Position numbers and translations under genes: made by a program. Below, one piece after another: positions 51,399 through 62,550 of a stretch of 64,000 bases of DNA. Under the pieces are notes generated by a model. It was given only the letters and a program-made list of their open reading frames with translations, did no database searches and was not told the origin of the DNA. Each line of letters starts with the position of its first letter. Positions within the stretch are counted from its first letter, which is position 1. Source of the DNA: Eledone cirrhosa (lineage: Eukaryota); assembly GCA_964016885.1 (NCBI GenBank), contig OZ024741.1, positions 249,922,001-249,986,000 of the forward strand. Reading direction: 5' to 3'.

Positions 51399-54300
51399 GT
51401 GAGATAATTTGTAAAAAAAAAATCAGGGGGAGATAATTTGTAAAAAAAATCAGGGGGAGATAATTTGTAGAAAAAATCAGGGGTAGATAATTTGTAAAAA
51501 AAATCAGGGGTAGATAATTTGTAAAAAAAAATCAGGGGGAGATAATTTGTAAAAAAAAAATCAGGGGGAGATAATTTGTAAAAAAATCAAGGGGAGATAA
51601 TTTCCAGCCGTCCAAGGGGAGATAATTTTCAGCCGTCCAAGGAGGTAATTTCTAGCCGTCCAAGGGGAGATAATTTCCAGCCGTCCAAGGGGAGATAATT
51701 TTTTTAAAAAAATCAGGCGGAGATAATTTGTAAACAAAAATCAGGGGGAGATAATTTGTAAAAAAAAATCAGGGGGAGATAATTTGTAAAAAAAAATCAG
51801 GGGGAGATAATTTGTAAAAAAAATCAAGGGGAGATAATTTCCAGCCGTCCAAGGGGAGGTAATATCTAGCCATCCAAGGGGAGATAATTTCCAGCCGTCC
51901 AAGGGGAGATAATTTCCAGCCGTCAAAGGGGAGATAATATCCAGCCGTCCAAGGAGACATATTTTCCAGCCGTCCAAGGAGAGGTAATTTCTAGCCGTCC
52001 AAGGGGAGATAAGTTCCAGCCTCCAAGGGGAGATAATTTCCAGCCAGCCAAGGGGAGATAATTTGTAAAAAAATCAGGGGGAGATAATTTGTAAAAAAAA
52101 ATCAGGGGGAGATAATTTGTAAAAAAATCAGGGGGAGATAATTTGTAAAAAAAAAATCAGGGGGAGATAATTTGTAAAAAAAATCAGGGGGAGATAATTT
52201 GTAGAAAAAATCAGGGGTAGATAATTTGTAAAAAAAATCAGGGGGAGATAATTTGTAAAAAAAATCAGGGGGAGATAATTTGTAAAAAAAATCAGGGGTA
52301 GATAATTTTCAGCCGTCCAAGGGGAGATAATTTCCATCCTTCCAAGGGGAGATAATTTCCAGCCGTCCAAGGGGAGATAATTTCCCGCCAGCCAAGGAGA
52401 GATAACATTTAAAAAAATCAGGCGGAGATAATTTGTAAAAAAAATCAGGGGGAGATAATTTGTAAAAAAATCAGGGGGAGATAATTTGTAAAAAAAATCA
52501 GGGGTAGATAATTTCCAGCCGTCCAAGGGGAGATAATTTCCATCCTTCCAAGGGGAGATAATTTCCAGCCGTCCAAGGGGAGATAATTTCCCGCCAGCCA
52601 AGGAGAGATAATATTTAAAAAAATCAGGCGGAGATAATTTGTAAAAAAAATCAGGGGGAGATAATTTGTAAACAAAAATCAGGGGGAGATAATTTGTAAA
52701 AAAAATCAGGCGGAGATAATTTGTAAACAAAAATCAGGGGGAGATAATTTGTAAAAAAAAATCAGGGGGAGATAATTTGTAAAAAAAAATCAGGGGGAGA
52801 TAATTTGTAAAAAAAAATCAAGGGGAGATAATTTCCAGCCGTCCAAGGGGAGGTAATATCTAGCCATCCAAGGGGAGATAATTTCCAGCCGTCCAAGGGG
52901 AGATAATTTCCAGCCGTCCAAGGGGAGATAATATCCAGCCGTCCAAGGAGACATATTTTCCAGCCGTCCAAGGAGAGGTAATTTCTAGCCGTCCAAGGGG
53001 AGATAAGTTCCTGCCTCCAAGGGGAGATAATTTCCAGCCAGCCAAGGGGAGATAATTTGTAAAAAAATCAGGGGGAGATAATTTGTAAAAAAAAAATCAG
53101 GGGGAGATAATTTGTAAAAAAATCAGGGTGAGATAATTTGTAAAAAAAAAATCAGGGGGAGATAATTTGTAAAAAAAATCAGGGGGAGATAATTTGTAGA
53201 AAAAATCAGGGGTAGATAATTTGTAAAAAAAATCAGGGGGAGATAATTTATAAAAAAAATCAGGGGGAGATAATTTGTAAAAAAAATCAGGGGTAGATAA
53301 TTTTCAGCCGTCCAAGGGGAGATAATTTCCATCCTTCCAAGGGGAGATAATTTCCAGCCGTCCAAGGGGAGATAATTTCCCGCCAGCCAAGGAGAGATAA
53401 CATTTAAAAAAATCAGGCGGAGATAATTTGTAAAAAAAATCAGGGGGAGATAATTTGTAAAAAAATCAGGGGGAGATAATTTGTAAAAAAAATCAGGGGT
53501 AGATAATTTCCAGCCGTCCAAGGGGAGATAATTTCCATCCTTCCAAGGGGAGATAATTTCCAGCCGTCCAAGGGGAGGTAATATCTAGCCATCCAAGGGG
53601 AGATAATTTCCAGCCGTCCAAGGGGAGATAATTTCCAGCCGTCCAAGGGGAGATAATATCCAGCCGTCCAAGGAGACATATTTTCCAGCCGTCCAAGGAG
53701 ACGTAATTTCTAGCCGTCCAAGGGGAGATAAGTTCCAGCCTCCAAGGGGAGATAATTTCCAGCCAGCCAAGGGGAGATAATTTGTAAAAAAATTAGGGGG
53801 AGATAATTTGTAAATAAAAATTAGGGGGAGATAATTTGTAAAAAAAAATCAGGGGGAGATAATTTGTAAAAAAAATCAAGGGGAGATAATTTCCAGCCGT
53901 CCAAGGGGAGATAATTTTCAGCCGTCCAAGGAGAGGTAAATTCTAGCCGTCCAAGGAGATATAATTTCCAGCCGTCCAAGGGGAGATAATTTCCAGCCGT
54001 CCAAGGGGAGATAATTTAAAAAAAAAAATCAGGCGGAGATAATTTGTAAACAAAAATCAGGGGGAGATAATTTTTAAAAAAAAATCAGGGGGAGATAATT
54101 TGTAAAAAAAAATCAGGGGGAGATAATTTGTAAAAAAATTCAAGGGGAGATAATTTCCAGCCGTCCAAGGGGAGGTAATATCTAGCCATCCAAGGGGAGA
54201 TAATTTCCAGCCGTCCAAGGGGAGATAATATCCAGCCGTCCAAGGGGAGATAATATCCAGCCGTCCAAGGAGACATATTTTCCAGCCGTCCAAGGAGAGG

Positions 54301-56691
54301 TAATTTCTAGCCGTCCAAGGGGAGATAAGTTCCAGCCTCCAAGGGGAGATAATTTCCAGCTAGCCAAGGGGAGATAATTTGTAAAATAATCAGGGGGGAG
54401 ATAATTTGTAAAAAAAATCAGGGGGAGATAATTTGAAAAAAATATCAAGGGGAGATAATTTCCAGCCCTCCAAGGGGCTATAATTTCCAGCCGTGCAAGG
54501 GGAGATAATTTCCAGCCGTCCAAGGGGAGATAATTTCCATCCTTCCAAGGGGAGATAATTTCCAGCCGTCCAAGGGGAGATAATTTCCCGCCAGCCAAGG
54601 GAAGATAATTTTTTAAAAAATCAGGCGGAGATTGTAAAAAAAATCAGGGGGAGATAATTTGTAAAAAAATCAGGGGGAGATAATTTGTAAAAAAAAAATC
54701 AGGGGGAGATAATTTGTAAAAAAAAATCAGGGGGAGCTAATTTGTAAAAAAAATCAGGGGGAGATAATTTGTAAAAAAAAATCAGGGGGAGATAATTTGT
54801 AAAAAAAAAATCAGGGGGAGATAATTTGTAAAAAAATCAAGGGGAGATAATTTCCAGCCGTCCAAGGGGAGATAATTTTCAGCCGTCCAAGGAGGTAATT
54901 TCTAGCCGTCCAAGGGGAGATAATTTCCAGCCGTCCAAGGGGAGATAATTTTTTTAAAAAAATCAGGCGGAGATAATTTGTAAACAAAAATCAGGGGTAG
55001 ATAATTTGTAAAAAAAATCAAGGGGAGATAATTTCCAGCCGTCCAAGGGGAGGTAATATCTAGCCATCCAAGGGGAGATAATTTCCAGCCGTCCAAGGGG
55101 AGATAATTTCCAGCCGTCCAAGGGGAGATAATATCCAGCCGTCCAAGGAGACATATTTTCCAGCCGTCCAAGGAGAGGTAATTTCTAGCCGTCCAAGGGG
55201 AGATAAGTTCCAGCCTCCAAGGGGAGATAATTTCCAGCCAGCCAAGGGGAGATAATTTGTAAAAAAATCAGGGGGAGATAATTTGTAAAAAAAATCAGGG
55301 GGAGATAATTTGTAAAAAAATCAGGGGGAGATAATTTCTAAAAAAAAAATCAGGGGGAGATAATTTGTAAAAAAAATCAGGGGGAGATAATTTGTAGAAA
55401 AAATCAGGGGTAGATAATTTGTAAAAAAAATCAGGGGGAGATAATTTGTAAAAAAAATCAGGGGGAGATAATTTGTAAAAAAAATCAGGGGTAGATAATT
55501 TTCAGCCGTCCAAGGGGAGATAATTTCCATCCTTCCAAGGGGAGATAATTTCCAGCCGTCCAAGGGGAGATAATTTCCCGCCAGCCAAGGAGAGATAACA
55601 TTTAAAAAAATCAGGCGGAGATAATTTGTAAAAAAAATCAGGGGGAGATAATTTATAAAAAAATCAGGGGGAGATAATTTGTAAAAAAAATCAGGGGTAG
55701 ATAATTTCCAGCCGTCCAAGGGGAGATAATTTCCATCCTTCCAAGGGGAGATAATTTCCAGCCGTCCAAGGGGAGATAATTTCCCGCCAGCCAAGGAGAG
55801 ATAATATTTAAAAAAATCAGGCGGAGATAATTTGTAAAAAAAATCAGGGGGAGATAATTTGTAAAAAAATCAGGGGGAGATAATTTGTAAAAAAAAATCA
55901 GGGGGAGATAATTTGTAAAAAAAATCAGGGGGAGATAATTTGTAAAAAAAATCAGGGGTAGATAATTTGTAAAAAAAAATCAGGGGGAGATAATTTGTAA
56001 AAAAAAAATCAGGGGGAGATAATTTGTAAAAAAATCAAGGGGAGATAATTTCCAGCCGTCCAAGGGGAGATAATTTTCAGCCGTCCAAGGAGAGGTAATT
56101 TCTAGCCGTCCAAGGGGAGATAATTTCCAGCCGTCCAAGGGGAGATAATTTTTTTAAAAAAATCAGGCGGAGATAATTTGTAAACAAAAATCAGGGGGAG
56201 ATAGTTTGTAAAAAAAAATCAGGGGGAGATAATTTGTTAAAAAAAATCAGGGGGAGATAATTTGTAAAAAAAATCAAGGGGAGATAATTTCCAGCCGTCC
56301 AAGGGGAGGTAATATCTAGCCATCCAAGGGGAGATAATTTCCAGCCGTCCAAGGGGAGATAATTTCCAGCCGTCCAAGGGGAGATAATATCCAGCCGTCC
56401 AAGGAGACATATTTTCCAGCCGTCCAAGGAGAGGTAATTTCTAGCCGTCCAAGGGGAGATAAGTTCCTGCCTCCAAGGGGAGATAATTTCCAGCCAGCCA
56501 AGGGGAGATAATTTGTAAAAAAATCAGGGGGAGATAATTTGTAAAAAAAAAATCAGGGGGAGATAATTTGTAAAAAAATCAGGGTGAGATAATTTGTAAA
56601 AAAAAAATCAGGGGGAGATAATTTGTAAAAAAAATCAGGGGGAGATAATTTGTAGAAAAAATCAGGGGTAGATAATTTGTAAAAAAAATCA
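46322..56691 (+). repeat. Tandem duplication, period 5,185 bp
   Basis: ORF offsets 46556/51741, 47938/53123, 48997/54182 and 51006/56191 all equal 5185. Marker GTCAAAGGGG at 46737/51922. Junction near 51507. Confidence 0.93.
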
Positions 56692-59600
56692 GGGGGAGAT
56701 AATTTATAAAAAAAATCAGGGGGAGATAATTTGTAAAAAAAATCAGGGGTAGATAATTTTCAGCCGTCCAAGGGGAGATAATTTCCATCCTTCCAAGGGG
56801 AGATAATTTCCAGCCGTCCAAGGGGAGATAATTTCCCGCCAGCCAAGGAGAGATAACATTTAAAAAAATCAGGCGGAGATAATTTGTAAAAAAAATCAGG
56901 GGGAGATAATTTGTAAAAAAATCAGGGGGAGATAATTTGTAAAAAAAATCAGGGGTAGATAATTTCCAGCCGTCCAAGGGGAGATAATTTCCATCCTTCC
57001 AAGGGGAGATAATTTCCAGCCGTCCAAGGGGAGGTAATATCTAGCCATCCAAGGGGAGATAATTTCCAGCCGTCCAAGGGGAGATAATTTCCAGCCGTCC
57101 AAGGGGAGATAATATCCAGCCGTCCAAGGAGACATATTTTCCAGCCGTCCAAGGAGACGTAATTTCTAGCCGTCCAAGGGGAGATAAGTTCCAGCCTCCA
57201 AGGGGAGATAATTTCCAGCCAGCCAAGGGGAGATAATTTGTAAAAAAATTAGGGGGAGATAATTTGTAAATAAAAATTAGGGGGAGATAATTTGTAAAAA
57301 AAAATCAGGGGGAGATAATTTGTAAAAAAAATCAAGGGGAGATAATTTCCAGCCGTCCAAGGGGAGATAATTTTCAGCCGTCCAAGGAGAGGTAAATTCT
57401 AGCCGTCCAAGGAGATATAATTTCCAGCCGTCCAAGGGGAGATAATTTCCAGCCGTCCAAGGGGAGATAATTTAAAAAAAAAAATCAGGCGGAGATAATT
57501 TGTAAACAAAAATCAGGGGGAGATAATTTTTAAAAAAAAATCAGGGGGAGATAATTTGTAAAAAAAAATCAGGGGGAGATAATTTGTAAAAAAATTCAAG
57601 GGGAGATAATTTCCAGCCGTCCAAGGGGAGGTAATATCTAGCCATCCAAGGGGAGATAATTTCCAGCCGTCCAAGGGGAGATAATATCCAGCCGTCCAAG
57701 GGGAGATAATATCCAGCCGTCCAAGGAGACATATTTTCCAGCCGTCCAAGGAGAGGTAATTTCTAGCCGTCCAAGGGGAGATAAGTTCCAGCCTCCAAGG
57801 GGAGATAATTTCCAGCTAGCCAAGGGGAGATAATTTGTAAAATAATCAGGGGGGAGATAATTTGTAAAAAAAATCAGGGGGAGATAATTTGAAAAAAATA
57901 TCAAGGGGAGATAATTTCCAGCCCTCCAAGGGGCTATAATTTCCAGCCGTGCAAGGGGAGATAATTTCCAGCCGTCCAAGGGGAGATAATTTCCATCCTT
58001 CCAAGGGGAGATAATTTCCAGCCGTCCAAGGGGAGATAATTTCCCGCCAGCCAAGGGAAGATAATTTTTTAAAAAATCAGGCGGAGATTGTAAAAAAAAT
58101 CAGGGGGAGATAATTTGTAAAAAAATCAGGGGGAGATAATTTGTAAAAAAAAAATCAGGGGGAGATAATTTGTAAAAAAAAATCAGGGGGAGCTAATTTG
58201 TAAAAAAAATCAGGGGGAGATAATTTGTAAAAAAAAATCAGGGGGAGATAATTTGTAAAAAAAAAATCAGGGGGAGATAATTTGTAAAAAAATCAAGGGG
58301 AGATAATTTCCAGCCGTCCAAGGGGAGATAATTTTCAGCCGTCCAAGGAGGTAATTTCTAGCCGTCCAAGGGGAGATAATTTCCAGCCGTCCAAGGGGAG
58401 ATAATTTTTTTAAAAAAATCAGGCGGAGATAATTTGTAAACAAAAATCAGGGGTAGATAATTTGTAAAAAAAATCAAGGGGAGATAATTTCCAGCCGTCC
58501 AAGGGGAGGTAATATCTAGCCATCCAAGGGGAGATAATTTCCAGCCGTCCAAGGGGAGATAATTTCCAGCCGTCCAAGGGGAGATAATATCCAGCCGTCC
58601 AAGGAGACATATTTTCCAGCCGTCCAAGGAGAGGTAATTTCTAGCCGTCCAAGGGGAGATAAGTTCCAGCCTCCAAGGGGAGATAATTTCCAGCCAGCCA
58701 AGGGGAGATAATTTGTAAAAAAATCAGGGGGAGATAATTTGTAAAAAAAATCAGGGGGAGATAATTTGTAAAAAAATCAGGGGGAGATAATTTCTAAAAA
58801 AAAAATCAGGGGGAGATAATTTGTAAAAAAAATCAGGGGGAGATAATTTGTAGAAAAAATCAGGGGTAGATAATTTGTAAAAAAAATCAGGGGGAGATAA
58901 TTTGTAAAAAAAATCAGGGGGAGATAATTTGTAAAAAAAATCAGGGGTAGATAATTTTCAGCCGTCCAAGGGGAGATAATTTCCATCCTTCCAAGGGGAG
59001 ATAATTTCCAGCCGTCCAAGGGGAGATAATTTCCCGCCAGCCAAGGAGAGATAACATTTAAAAAAATCAGGCGGAGATAATTTGTAAAAAAAATCAGGGG
59101 GAGATAATTTATAAAAAAATCAGGGGGAGATAATTTGTAAAAAAAATCAGGGGTAGATAATTTCCAGCCGTCCAAGGGGAGATAATTTCCATCCTTCCAA
59201 GGGGAGATAATTTCCAGCCGTCCAAGGGGAGATAATTTCCCGCCAGCCAAGGAGAGATAATATTTAAAAAAATCAGGCGGAGATAATTTGTAAAAAAAAT
59301 CAGGGGGAGATAATTTGTAAAAAAATCAGGGGGAGATAATTTGTAAAAAAAAATCAGGGGGAGATAATTTGTAAAAAAAATCAGGGGGAGATAATTTGTA
59401 AAAAAAATCAGGGGTAGATAATTTGTAAAAAAAAATCAGGGGGAGATAATTTGTAAAAAAAAAATCAGGGGGAGATAATTTGTAAAAAAATCAAGGGGAG
59501 ATAATTTCCAGCCGTCCAAGGGGAGATAATTTTCAGCCGTCCAAGGAGAGGTAATTTCTAGCCGTCCAAGGGGAGATAATTTCCAGCCGTCCAAGGGGAG

Positions 59601-59733
59601 ATAATTTTTTTAAAAAAATCAGGCGGAGATAATTTGTAAACAAAAATCAGGGGGAGATAGTTTGTAAAAAAAAATCAGGGGGAGATAATTTGTTAAAAAA
59701 AATCAGGGGGAGATAATTTGTAAAAAAAATCAA
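52822..59733 (+). repeat. Tandem duplication, period 3,456 bp
   Basis: ORF offsets 53123/56579, 54182/57638, 55321/58777 and 56191/59647 all equal 3456. R-block starts at 52822, 56278 and 59734. Confidence 0.93.
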
Positions 59734-62550
59734 GGGGAGATAATTTCCAGCCGTCCAAGGGGAGGTAATATCTAGCCATCCAAGGGGAGATAATTTCCAG
59801 CCGTCCAAGGGGAGATAATTTCCAGCCGTCCAAGGGGAGATAATATCCAGCCGTCCAAGGAGACATATTTTCCAGCCGTCCAAGGAGAGGTAATTTCTAG
59901 CCGTCCAAGGGGAGATAAGTTCCTGCCTCCAAGGGGAGATAATTTCCAGCCAGCCAAGGGGAGATAATTTGTAAAAAAATCAGGGGGAGATAATTTGTAA
60001 AAAAAAAATCAGGGGGAGATAATTTGTAAAAAAATCAGGGGGAGATAATTTGTAAAAAAAAAATCAGGGGGAGATAATTTGTAAAAAAAATCAGGGGGAG
60101 ATAATTTGTAGAAAAAATCAGGGGTAGATAATTTGTAAAAAAAATCAGGGGGAGATAATTTGTAAAAAAAATCAGGGGGAGATAATTTGTAAAAAAAATC
60201 AGGGGTAGATAATTTTCAGCCGTCCAAGGGGAGATAATTTCCATCCTTCCAAGGGGAGATAATTTCCAGCCGTCCAAGGGGAGATAATTTCCCGCCAGCC
60301 AAGGAGAGATAACATTTAAAAAAATCAGGCGGAGATAATTTGTAAATAAAATCAGGGGGAGATAATTTGTAAAAAAATCAGGGGGAGATAATTTGTAAAA
60401 AAAATCAGGGGTAGATAATTTCCAGCCGTCCAAGGGGAGATAATTTCCATCCTTCCAAGGGGAGATAATTTCCAGCCGTCCAAGGGGAGATAATTTCCCG
60501 CCAGCCAAGGAGAGATAATATTTAAAAAAATCAGGCGGAGATAATTTGTAAAAAAAATCAGGGGGAGATAATTTGTAAAAAAATCAGGGGGAGATAATTT
60601 GTAAAAAAAAATCAGGGGTAGGTAATTTGTAAAAAAAATCAGGGGGAGATAATTTGTAAAAAAAATCAGGGGTAGATAATTTGTAAAAAAAAATCAGGGG
60701 GAGATAATTTGTAAAAAAAAAATCAGGGGGAGATAATTTGTAAAAAAATCAAGGTGAGATAATTTCCAGCCGTCCAAGGGGAGATAATTTTCAGCCTTCC
60801 AAGGAGAGGTAATTTCTAGCCGTCCAAGGGGAGATAATTTCCAGCCGTCCAAGGGGAGATAATTTTTTAAAAAAATCAGGCGGAGATAATTTGTAAACAA
60901 AAATCAGGGGGAGATAATTTGTAAAAAAAAATCAGGGGGAGATAATTTGTAAAAAAAAATCAGGGGGAGATAATTTGTAAAAAAAATCAAGGGGAGATAA
61001 TTTCCAGCCGTCCAAGGGGAGGTAATATCTAGCCATCCAAGGGGAGATAATTTCCAGCCGTCCAAGGGGAGATAATTTCCAGCCGTCCAAGGTGAGATAA
61101 TATCCAGCCGTCCAAGGAGACATATTTTCCAGCCGTCCAAGGATAGGTAATTTCTAGCCGTCCAAGGGGAGATAAGTTCCAGCCTCCAAGGGGAGATAAT
61201 TTCCAGCCAGCCAAGGGGAGATAATTTGTAAAAAAATCAGGGGGAGATAATTTGTAAAAAAAAAATCAGGGGGAGATAATTTGTAAAAAAATCAGGGGGA
61301 GATAATTTGTAAAAAAAAAATCAGGGGGAGATAATTTGTAAAAAAAATCAGGGGGAGATAATTTGTAAAAAAAATCAGGGGTAGATAATTTGTAAAAAAA
61401 ATCAGGGGGAGATAATTTGTAAAAAAAATCAGGAGATAATTTGTAAAAAAAATCAGGGGTAGATAATTTTCAGCCGTCCAAGGGGAGATAATTTCCATCC
61501 TTCCAAGGGGAGATAATTTCCAGCCGTCCAAGGGGAGATAATTTCCCGCCAGCCAAGGAGAGATAACATTTAAAAAAATCAGGCGGAGATAATTTGTAAA
61601 AAAATCAGGGGGAGATAATTTGTAAAAAAAAATCAGGGGGAGATAATTTGTAAAAAAAAATCAGGGGGTGATAATTTGTAAAAAAAAATCAGGGGGAGAT
61701 AATTTGTAAAATAATCAAGGGGAGATAATTTCCAGCCGTCCAAGGGGAGATAATTTTCAGCCGTCCAAGGAGAGGTAATTTCTAGCCGTCCAAGGGGAGA
61801 TAATTTCCAGCCGTCCAAGGGGAGATAATTTTTAAAAAAAAATCAGGCGGAGATAATTTGTAAACAAAAATCAGGGGGAGATAATTTGTAAAAAAAAATC
61901 AGGGGGAGATAATTTGTAAAAAAAATCAAGGGGAGATAATTTCCAGCCGTCCAAGGGGAGGTAATATCTAGCCATCCAAGGGGAGATAATTTCCAGCCGT
62001 CCAAGGGGAGATAATTTCCAGCCGTCCAAGGGGAGATAATATCCAGCCGTCCAAGGAGACATATTTTCCAGCCGTCCAAGGAGACGTAATTTCTAGCCGT
62101 CCAAGGGGAGATAAGTTCCAGCCTCCAAGGGGAGATAATTTCCAGCCAGCCAAGGGGAGATAATTTGTAAAAAAATTAGGGGGAGATAATTTGTAAAAAA
62201 AAATCAGGGGGAGATAATTTGTAAAAAAAAATCAGGGGGAGATAATTTGTAAAAAATATCAAGGGGAGATAATTTCCAGCCCTCCAAGGGGCTATAATTT
62301 CCAGCCGTGCAAGGGGAGATAATTTCCAGCCGTCCAAGGGGAGATAATTTCCATCCTTCCAAGGGGAGATAATTTCCAGCCGTCCAAGGGGAGATAATTT
62401 CCCGCCAGCCAAGGGAAGATAATTTTTTAAAAAATCAGGCGGAGATTGTAAAAAAAATCAGGGGGAGATAATTTGTAAAAAAATCAGGGGGAGATAATTT
62501 GTAAAAAAAAAATCAGGGGGAGATAATTTGTAAAAAAAAATCAGGGGGAG
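58450..62550 (+). repeat. Copy of ~27,420-31,519 (offset 31,031 bp)
   Basis: ORF offsets 27746/58777, 29004/60035, 30261/61292 and 31145/62176 all equal 31031. Confidence 0.9.
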
